DNA from: Selaginella moellendorffii
Taxonomy: Eukaryota; Plantae; Lycopodiophyta
Direction: 5' to 3'
NCBI RefSeq assembly: GCF_000143415.4
Contig: NW_003314313.1
Span: 497,365-561,364, forward strand
Length of the DNA: 64,000 nt
The first letter of the stretch is position 1. The number at the start of each line of letters is the position of its first letter. The position numbers were made by a program, and so were the translations under genes. Positions 50,728 through 61,200 of this stretch are shown here, one piece after another. A model generated the notes under the pieces. It had not been told where the DNA came from, did no database searches, and saw only the letters and a program-made list of their open reading frames with translations.

Positions 50728-51968
50728 CAATTCAGTAGCTTGATAAACATGCAAATACAGAACTTGATGCAAAATCCTTTGATATGTCACAATGCCCCTA
50801 GGACCATAAACACATTTCAATAGAGAGGGTCCTTTCATTTCATAACTCCTTATGTAGATCTTGGTGAAACCAGAGTTAGTGAAGTTGGTTTCTTGTGATC
50901 CTGCATCTGATTGTGATGTCCCTTTGCAGTGTTGATGGAAAGGTCAATGCACACCAAACTGTAGAATCTTGGAGCAAAATAACGGTCGGATCTATGGCAA
51001 ATGCCCCTGAAACATTGTAAGGCTCGTGTGGTCTCATGTGGTGTCCGATCGAGATGCTTCTTTGCAGGGTCATCAAGAAGGACATTGTATACCATTCTGT
51101 AAAATCTAGTTGCGATCTAACGGTTGGATCTCCAGGAAACTCAAAACAATCTCGCGCGTGTCAGAATATTCTAGGAATATACTCCTATGTGCTCCTGAAA
51201 ATGGCATGCGGCCCCACGCCATTCAAGAGATAACGCCAGATGACGCCGAGCATTTTTTGGTGCATTTTTTGGGATCAAAATTGCATGAGCCCACACGCTT
51301 GAATGTCACATCAAATCCTCTGACAATTTATTTAGCTGAACATCTGGCATTTTTGGAAATACAAGATGCTTTGGAATATCCAATCATGCATGGTATAAAT
51401 ATAGCAAGGGTATTAAATGATATCCCAATCATGATCTTTCTTTTGGATTTCGCGTGCATGCAGTCCGAGGAATGATGACGTTGCGGATTTCTTTTGGATT
51501 TCACGCATGCGCGCGCCGATCCAGAAATTAATGGTGGCGCCCAAGTCCGAGGAATGATGACGTGGCGGGATTACCAACTGTCGTGACATTTCGCGCGTGT
51601 GAGGTTAGGTTTTGCATTTTGCTTCGTACTCGCGCTCGCACACTCGCGCTCGCATCGCGCTCCCACTTCTCTACAGGTTTCTCGTGTGCATCAGCGTCCA
51701 CTCGCGCTTGCATCACACTCGCGCTCGCATCACGCTTGCATCGCGCTCGTGTGCATCGGCGTCCATTTCAAGACACACCCAGTTTGTAACTTCGCCGCCA
51801 ACTCCGCCGCCCACTCCGCCACCCACACGCAGCCCACTTGGCGTCCCGGGAGATTTCAGCGCCACTTTCCAACTGTAAGTGGCAGAGTAGCCTTGCTGCT
51901 ACGATCCGCTGCACACACAGTGCACATTCGCCAGCGAGTCCGGTTGTCACGCCTCCATTCGGCTTTAA

Positions 51969-54900
51969 ATGGTAAGTCTTTTAGGCCACATGCCATTCAG
52001 TAGCAACATTGGCATGCACCGATTGGGCTCTCGAGTGCAGTCCGGTTACAGATGGCGTGTAGCCTCACGCCATCTTAGGATGCAGCCTCAAGACATCTGA
52101 TGCAGTGGTGAATGGCGTGTGGCCTCACGTTATTTCCAGCTACTAGCTTTTCATCTGTCAGCTCTAATTATTGTGCATTTCTGAACAGGCGAGGAATTGC
52201 GTTCTTCTTCCAGCCACTGTCAATGTGGATGCAGAGAAGGGGGAGGAGCTCATCAGTTGGACTTTCGGGATGGAAGGCGAGGATCTGAGGCTGTACAACA
52301 CAGATGGTGGGAGAAAAGAATGCATGGGGATCCTCATCCAAGTGACAGACACTCCATGCAGTTCCATGCAAGAATATGGACTGGCACTTGTGGTAGAGAC
52401 AGCGTTTGCCTTCAAGATCCACCTTGCACATCCTAGCGGCTTCCCGGAGGGGGGCAGCGGCTATGAGGAATTCCTAGAGGGAGCTAAGGAGAGGTTGTCC
52501 AGGAGGCCCACAATTTCAAAGACGCTGCGGGTCTATGAAGATCACATGGAATCCACGGACCTCACCTACGGCGATGTTTAAAAACTATATTCCAACATTG
52601 AGCCGTTGAGAGTGACTCCAGTTCGCGAAGCAAAGGGGAAGGGGGTCGATCTGGAAACTACCTCGAAGCAGAAAAGGGTGGTCAAGCTCAAGCCGACGTC
52701 CGACTCTCCTGCTCCAAAAAAGAAGCTACTCAGTGATGCCATTGCCTCGGGTTCGAACACTACACCCACCAAAAAGAAGAGCCGCAAAGAGCAGAAAGAG
52801 CAAGAAGAGGCAGCAAAAATCGTCGCAGATAATAGTACTTGTTACTATTCCAACAAAGTATATACAATCGACGTGAGCCGTATCGACATCCAAAGCAAAT
52901 ACAACCACAGGCTAGTATCTGATGAGTGGGTGGAGAAATTGAAGCAGAAGATGCTGGCAAGTCCAGTAACACCCGACATCGCAGACATGATCCCCTACTA
53001 CCAAAAAATGAAGGGCGAGATGAGGTTTCCAGACTTGATCAATAGGAAGGTGTTGGACGATCAGAACATCCGGTTCTATGCCGTCTCCGGGCAGCATTCT
53101 AGCTTGGCGATGCAAGAGATAGTTGTGGATATTATGGTGGGCGAGGAGGTGAAGAAAGTCTTCAAGACAAGAGTTGTCCGCCTAATAAAAGGCAACTCGC
53201 CCCTCCGATCTATCATATACATCTCCCACACGCAGAATGTCAAGCAAGAAACGTGCTACAAATCGGGTCTGCACGAGACATTGGCACGAACACGGAAGCT
53301 CTGGGTTCAACTGAAGAAGCCACAAAAACCAGGACAAGGACGTGCACTAGCAACTAGCGCCTGGCAGGTAAGCCTCGTTGTATGTGGCATAGCATGTGGC
53401 CTCACGCTATTTCCATTGCAGGAATTCTCGAGTCTTCTCTCGAAAACACTGGGGGTCAATGACACACTCAGCATCCATAACATTCTACTCGCGACAAAAG
53501 TTGTTTTTGACAAATGGGTAGATGTGCTGAGGAGGTACCATGACGGGGAGTTGCCAAACTCAATGGGTGTGGAGGACGGCCGGAAGCCCAATGATTTGAA
53601 GCTCAACGCCTTGCGTTTCTCACGGTCTCTAGACGACGACAACCTTCTGACAGTGGCTAATGCTCTTCTACGTGGTGAGGTAGTCTTCAACAAGACCAAA
53701 ATGACTCCCGGCCATATTGTGATATACGAGGACTTGTGCACGACTCTGAGAGCTCGTGCGCTATTGAAGGATTGGATCTTCGAGCAAGTGGCCGTGGAGA
53801 GGGTGAGCATCGACACCACGCAAGAGATGATGGAAGCGCTGGAGTTGTCAAATGAAGACATCGACGAGTACGTGAAGGGGGCCCCCAAGTTCATCGATCT
53901 GCTGCGGGATGCCACGAAAAGTAAAGCTGAGAAGTTGGATCAGTATCCAAATTTCATTAAGATTGATGTCGACCGCCGGCTTCAGAAACAGCTCGACCCT
54001 GCAGCAGAGGCCTATCGAGAACCTTACCGGGTATACTTGAATTCGGATGAGGATCAAAGGTGGAGGAGCATCGTTTCCCGCGGAGATGAGCAGGTCAAGA
54101 ACATCTTTTGTGTGATGGACTTCACAAACGAGGAGATCACTCATGCAGACGAAGTCAGCTCCATCATTGACTTAATGGTGGGACTTGCGGAGGTGGAATC
54201 TTCAGTCCACTATATGATCTACGACTCCGAATCCTATCACAAGTTCTGGAAGGCCTTGAACGAGGTGAAGGCTCGGTTGAAAGGCAAGGAGATGCGGGAG
54301 ATCCATGGGATAATGGCTAAGAAGAAGATACCGACGAATGTCCGCATCTTCACACTCGCCCTTGTTATTGGTCCTGCAGCAGAGTGGGACTGGAGTGACT
54401 TCCCAGCTTCGTTCGACAAGGCCAATCGAATTGATCTGAGGGAGGTCAATTTACCCGTGCCTGAGGAACTGAAGACGGCTATGGAGCTTTCGAATCCAAA
54501 GAAAGCTCCAGGTGCAACATGGGAAATGCTCAGCTGGGTCTTCAACGCAATAGCGGGTGGGTCACATGCTTCCGACTCCAAGGGCAAATGCGTTGTCGAG
54601 TACAACTGCGGCGGACTATTCTTTCGAGCCGCACTACTCAAGGGTGTCCCGTGTGTTGCGGTGACAAACTCCATTGAAGAGGTGACTTCAATGGAGCATA
54701 TAATTACAGTTGCCAAAGAAAAACAGTATCTTCTCTGCGAACCTGGTGAGTACGCACTTTAAGTTTAAATGTTATCTCACAAGCTCTGTATGCAGGAGCG
54801 TGGCCACCCCCAGATGCTGAAATGGCGTTAACAGCTACTGTTGAAGATACCCATGTTGGGCCGAGCTCACAACCTGCACAAGGTAAGGTCACGTGAGGCC

Positions 54901-57569
54901 TCACGCCATTTTGATTATAGATCGTTGTGAATATTCAGACACGAGGACTGAAAAGCGCACTGGTGGCGCATCGAAGAAGGACAAACAGACAAGCAATAGG
55001 AAAAAAGGAGGTACAAATTATATTTGCAATGGCGTGTGGTCTCATGCCATTCCTTGCAGGAGAAACTTCTTCAAAGGCAAAACAGGCAAGCACCAGCCAA
55101 GCTCAAACTGACAGTGGTCATAAAAAGCGAAAGCACGTTGGACAGTCGTCGAGATCAGAGGCGTTTGATTCGAAAAGGAAGAAGGGCAACGAAAAGATGA
55201 TAGGTAATGCCTCGCGGTTATGGCGTGTGTGCTCATGCCATTCATTGCAGATCAAGGGCTGAGTGAAAGCAGACAGTCACCACCTCATGACTCAGATTCC
55301 TATGGCGGACTCCCCTTCCCCAATCTCAATGGAGAGGTACAATGGATGAGGGAAGCTTTTCAAGTCAGGGCCACGTTTTTCTCATCTCGTCGTCTTCGAA
55401 GGGTGCAAGAACGTGCAAAAACCATGTTAAGACAGTCGGGTGAGGATACGGTCCTAGGTCACGCACTAAAACAGGCTATGGATGTCTTGTATTTTGAGAT
55501 GGAGACTCGGCCAGATGATTTTCCCAAGATGGTCCTGGAAGAACAAGCCATCCAGCCTGAGCAGCCTATGGAAGAAATGCAGGAGGGGGATGAGGAGCCA
55601 GAGAAAGATAATGAGCAGGAAGAGCAGAAGGACGAAGAGGAGGACAAAGAAGAGGAGGACGAAGAAGAGGAGGACGAAGAGGACTTGGATGGTCCTCACA
55701 ATGGTGACGATCACAATAACAACGACGATGATGATGACGACGATGGCCAGCCTGAGGTGGCCAAAGAGCAGCGGAGGAAGGTCATACAAGACAAACCATC
55801 AGGTAAATAATAATACATCCATTCCTAACCTTTTACCATTTCTAACATTGTCCATGTAGGTCGCAGAGCAAATGGTAAGTAGAGATTATTCAGTTGAATT
55901 TACAAACTCTAGCCTTTAGTGTCGAGGAAGGATAGTGCCAAGCAAGGGTCGAAACGTATGTCCAATCCTTCAGAATCAGCAGTGCGCCCAAGTGATATCG
56001 GTCCTAGTTCCTCAATAGCAGTTGATGGTAAATACAGTATAGTCGATTCAATGTGCTAATGAGTTTGTTTTTAGTAGCACGGGAGGATACCATCTCAATC
56101 GAAGGGAGATATTTGGACATGCATATGGATCCGCCAGTGGACTCTACTTGGCTGCAAGAGTCATCAGAGCTGGTGGAGGCTACTATCCATATCAACGCCA
56201 AGCAAGCTGACCACGCTCCACTTGATGCTGCCCATACCACTGAGTCAATCTTGTCCACGTATCCAACTGACGGTGACCAGGCGCCATTGGACCCACATGA
56301 GGCCGCCCCAGCCGCCGAGCCGGTCGTATCCTCATTTCCAACGGACTCAACGTGTGCCCAATCGTCTGACTACGCGCCGTTGGAACCTCCCTACACCGCC
56401 CCTGCTGCCTGTTCGGTCATGTCCACTTTGCCAACGGAGGCACCAGCTGAAATGGCGTGTGATCACACGCCATCGGAACCACCCCATGCCACTGTTGAGC
56501 CAGTTGTACTAGAGTCTACAGCTGAAATGGCATGTGCCCACACGCCATCGGATGCGATTGACCCCACATTGCAGAGGAGAGTATTTCCGCCCTTCACGTT
56601 TCCTCGACCAAAACCCTCTCAACGACCATCGGGAGCAACATTCGCTAATATTGTAGATGGTAAAATTGACTTGTACCATTTTTTATGCTGACGCATTTCA
56701 TTTCAGAGTCACGGCGAAGGTACTGTATCGTTTTTGATCTGAACGGTGTCCTTTTCTCCCATGAGCGTGGCTCATCCTCGAATGTCATTGCACCCTCCAA
56801 AGCCTGCGGTCACAAGTTGGTCAAAAGAGACAGATTCACATTAATCACACGGGAGAAACTGCGGGATCTAATAATGACCATGCGACACTTAAAACAGAGG
56901 GCCGGGTTCAATTTGCAATTGGGAGTTTGGACATCCATGATGCGCCACAATGCATTAATATTGCTACAGATGATGCACGATCAGACGCGAGTAATATTAC
57001 CATTTGACTTTCTCCTAACGCAGAAGGATTGCTTGACTATGGTCCATGTGAGGGGTAGCAAGCCCATCTTCGTCAAGCTAGAGGCTGTAGTGATGAACCG
57101 GACTGCTAGCTCAAGTGAAATCCTTATCATCGATGACTCGCCGATTAAAACTGCAGCGAACACGCACACATATGCAGTGCACCCCATCTCTTGCAGTATG
57201 GAAACTAGGGAGAAGAAACCGTATGTTCTAGGGGACCTTGCAAAACGGCTTGGAGCGATGGTGATAGAGAACCGGCCAGTCCAGGAGGTGGCTGCAGAAA
57301 TCAACCAAATGGCAGATGGAACGGTATATCAGAAGTCATTTGATCGGACAGACACCAGTCATCATTTATGGCATGTATATTGTCTAGCCAAGCACTATCC
57401 GCATCTCCATAATCTGCTCAACCGGATGGGTTCTTCGACCACTGAACATGAGCGTGGACGTATTAGAGAAGAGATGGCATTACTATTGGGTTTAAATCCT
57501 GATAGTGTGGAGAGTGATGAAATTCCAAGATTATTGTATAGGCGTTGGAGGCAAAAAATAACAGTTTGA
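51969..57569 (+). CDS. Transposon cargo gene, ~10 exons: ParB-like domain, degenerate N4C/N6A MTase-like domain, acidic linker, FCP1-type HAD domain; one in-frame TAA at 52579 (probably disabled in this copy)
   Basis: ATG|GTAAG at 51969. GT-AG introns at 51972-52188, 53368-53421, 54746-54795, 54883-54938, 55011-55059, 55204-55250, 55803-55859 and later join the separate ORFs in frame. Motifs HRLVSDEWVEKLKQKM..YAVSGQHSSLA; KGKCVVEYNCGG..AALLKG; IVFDLNGVL..VWTS..IIDDSP. Confidence 0.7.
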
Positions 57570-57987
57570 GATGGCATGTATTTATTTAAAAATGTAACTT
57601 ATTATGGCATGGGGTTCCATGCCATTGTATTAATATTAAAAGACAATTCTTTGAGAGGATTTGCATTATACTAGAAGTGTTACAGCATGTTATTGAAAGT
57701 CTACGAAGTTGTTTTATTAATAATGGGAAAGTAAAGATTGAATGGGGACTTGGGCTCCACCTAGACTCGGAGCAACTGAGCCAATATTAAAAGGATGGAA
57801 AGAAATTGGACGACGATGACAAGGAGAAGAGAGAGGTGAAGCAGTGGCAGGGGGAGGAGAAGTGATTGAGTAGACATTTCCTTGTTTAAAATAAAATGGC
57901 ATGTGCCTCAATGCAGTTGAATTTTGTTATATTTATATACTATATAAAGGTTTGGAAACCTTATTTTACAAGTGGGATAATGACAAT

Positions 57988-58011
57988 TCCCACTTTAACG
58001 AAATAGAGCTT
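57988..58011 (-). repeat. Right terminal inverted repeat
   Basis: TCCCACTTTAACGAAATAGAGCTT. Confidence 0.95.
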
Positions 58012-58274
58012 CTATCTCGGGTCCATCTCGAACTCCATCTTGGACTCCATCTCAGGTCCATCTCAGACTCCATCTCGGGTTTATCTTGGACTCTATCTCG
58101 GACTCCATCTCGGGTCCGTCTCGGACTCCATCTCGAACTCCTTCCACGTGTCATATGTTGGTCCTTTTGTGTCCCATTTCTTAGAGACTCACTCTCGACC
58201 TTTTGAGTTAGAGCTTTTAGTCCATATATGTTATGCTCCTTTGGCTTTTGCTTCGGCCACTACCATGTGGCACC
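58012..58274 (-). mobile_element. Family B solo-LTR-like copy, right part (cut off by the next element)
   Basis: Resumes the GGACTCCATCTC array and continues CCACGTGTCAT.TGTTGGTCC...TTCGGCCACTACCATGTGGC, as at 10073-10257. Confidence 0.88.
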
Positions 58275-61200
58275 TATCAGGAATCCCCCTATTCTTGCCA
58301 CATTCCTGACTCTCGCTAGATTCCTGACCCGCAGACCACATTCCTGACTCTTGAGACACTTCCTTATTCCTGACTCTCTGATTTCCCGTACGATTTCTGA
58401 TTCTCGAACCACATTCTTGATGATGACGTGGTGCCTCCTTGACCTTAGTTATATTTAGGCCGTCCTCGATCCAAAAGTCGTGGAGCTTCATCAACCTATA
58501 GTATATATAGGTTAGCCTTGTTCCATTTCTCCACAATCTAAATCAACACTATTCTAAGGTTTTTTCTTCGTCTCCACTAGCTTTTCTCTTTGTCTTCTAC
58601 ATTTTTTAGTTCTGATCTTGTTGGCGGTCTTGATAGTTTGATTCAGATTGTGCTTTTTGCTTTTACTTTAGCTCATTTTGATTGTTTGATTGCCTTTGCC
58701 TTTTTCCCCCTTTTTTTTCTTCTTTGCCGATGGAGTCTCCAAGCCATCCTGATTCCTTCACTGAAGTCCTTACAAAAATTCAGTCTAAGAATACCGAGTT
58801 GAAGGCAACCCTTCTTCACATGCAACAGGAGCTTTCTTCACTTTCGGCTCAAGGATCAAGCAGAATTCCTGAACCGAAGGTGAGTTTCCCGGCGAAGTTC
58901 TCAGGCAAGTGTTCAGAGCTTCGCAAATTCCTGAACCAGATGGAGCTGATCTTCACACTTCAATATTGGCGGTACCCCACTCCCAAGTCTCAAATCAGTG
59001 CGATTGGGACGTTGCTCAAAGGTGCAACTTTGTCATGGTTTTTCCCTCTCTTGGAGAAGAGCATGAAAGGGGTCGTGTGTAGCGCATGTGATCATGGGAT
59101 GAGATTTGGATATACTGTCACCGTGGATCCTTGGAACGTTGGGGGATAAATGGGGATAAAATAGCCACTAAGGGCTCTCTCATCAAGCAATTGCCCCTTT
59201 TCTAGTTGGCTTAAGGGGAGAGAGATAAGGTGTGCTACAGTTGGTATTGGAGCAAATGGCACGGGTTCGATTCCCATTGATTAGTGGCTACTTAAAAAAA
59301 GTATAATATACGCTTGAGCAAGGTATATTCCTACCCCTAAAATTGAAATCGTACGTATTGGGCATCCATGCGTACGTCCTTCCTCTTGTGTGGAGTATCC
59401 ACGGACGAAGGTATCCACCGTGGGACTGCAGTACGGGTGGATGACTAGTTGCCTCACATGGAATAGCTGGTCTACACAATGGAAGGATTGGTAGATTGAG
59501 TGCGGAAATGGAGGTATTGGTTCCCCTTGGCTCAGTAGGGGTTGTTAGTCAATAGTCAATGAGGACATTGACATCTCTGAAGGGGGGGTGAGTGTAGCGC
59601 ATGTGATCATGGGATGAAATTTGGATATACTGTCACTGTGGATCCTTGGAACCTTGGGGATAAATGGGGATAAAATAGCCACTAAGGGCTCTCTCATCAA
59701 GCAATTACCCCTTTTCCAGCTGGCTTAAGGGGAGAGAGATAAGGTGTGCTACATCGTGGTTTCAGAGCTAATGGATCTTCAATTGTTCAAAGAGAAACTT
59801 GAAGCATGTTTTGGCAAGATAGATCGGGTTCGGGTTGCCACCACAAAGATGAGATGTCTCTCTCAGGGGTCTCGTCCTACCTCGATCTATGCTACGGAGT
59901 TCCAACTCCTTGCATTGGACACTCAGTGGGATGAGTGGGCCTTGATTGATCAATTTTGTTTTGGCCTCAACAACGGTGTTAAGGATTTGTTGCTCACCAT
60001 GGAGGATCCCACAGACCTGTCAGACACCATCAACAAAGCTGTTTGATGCGACAATCATCTCTTTGAACGTTGTCAGGAAAGTTGCCGCACCGCCTTTTTC
60101 CCGTCTCAAACTCAAGAATCCCAGCTTGAGTCTTCGGGGCATACTCCTGAACCTACTACTCCAGTCCCGATGGATATTTTTGGTACTCCTTGACTCATCA
60201 AAGGGAAGCTGAGTCTTACTAAGAAGCAACGTTGTGTATCTTAGAATTTTTGCCTCTATTGTGCTGATCCTAATCACAAAGCAATTGTGTGTCCCAAGAA
60301 GCCTCCCCAACTATTTGAGTTCACTCTGCCTCAAGGTCCACCTTTGTTGCAGTTGGGGAACGACCTTGTCCAAATAGAGTAGGAGCTGTTTTTTTGGACT
60401 CCCTGAATAAAAATCACTTTTCTTCTTTATCAAGCTCCTCACCACCTTTCATCAAAGCCACAACTAATTCCTGCAACTTCCACATCCCATGTCTCCTTTC
60501 TTTCACTGGACAATCAGGACTTAAAGCTCTAGTGCTACTGGACTCGAGTACAACTTCCTGCTTCATGAACATGGACTTTGCTACCCGACATCACGTTCCT
60601 CTTTCTCCTACCATACAGGATCTGAGGGTTGAAGGCATTGGTGGGCATTTTGTGTCTCCATTTTCTAGACTTAGGGAAACGTTGCCTATTCAAGTACACA
60701 TCGGGTCCACCGTCACTGATATCGCTTTCAACATCATCAACAGCAAGTCCTCCTCTATGGTGCTCGGCCTTCCTTGGTTCCAATTGCACCAACCTTAGAT
60801 CTGTTGGAAGGAATTACAGTTTATCTCTCCCACATCACCATCTCCCATGTCTTCCCTTGCTGTTCATCGAGTTCGAATCAGGAAAAGTTCCCTAAACTCA
60901 AATCAGGGTTCTGTTCCTGACTCTACAAAGTTTTCACACTCTTTGCTCCCTATCCCTTAATCTTCTTCTCCCTCCCTTCCATCTTACATTAGACAGTATC
61001 CTCATCCCATCATTCCATTCAATGGTACACCTTTTCCTATCTCCACAATCACTATGAAAGAACTCCTTCATAAAGAATCTATTTTCCTTTTTGCTTTGCA
61101 TGTTTCTCTTGTGTACTACCTATTCATTAGCCTTACAATTGTCCTATTGATTTACAGGAAGGAACATCATCTCCGTGGGGGCCTATCTATGGGTTATCCC

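Larger units (their letters stand above)
46194..57625. promoter_or_regulatory. Dispersed 22-bp palindrome ATGGCRTGWGGCCWCAYGCCAT (~20 copies), putative protein-binding sites
   Basis: Copies start at 46194, 47589, 47646, 49483, 49553, 49651, 50338, 51201, 51280, 52052, 52112, 53389, 54888, 55029, 55220, 56452, 56527 and 57604, plus half-sites. Function is inferred. Confidence 0.8.
45652..58011. mobile_element. 12.36-kb TIR DNA transposon (Sola-like DDD transposase) with a large cargo gene
   Basis: Perfect 24-bp TIRs AAGCTCTATTTCGTTAAAGTGGGA at 45652-45675 and 57988-58011. 4-bp TSD CTAT at 45648-45651 and 58012-58015. Removing the element restores the host minisatellite GGGTCTATCTCGG. Confidence 0.93.

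Noticed and set aside
45652-58011. CACTA, hAT, Mutator or Helitron classification
   Set aside because: Termini are not CACTA; the TSD is 4 bp rather than 3, 8 or 9; TIRs are present and no Rep/helicase is encoded.
59078-59753. Cassandra identity for the TRIM
   Set aside because: No 5S rRNA A/C-box segment in the LTRs.
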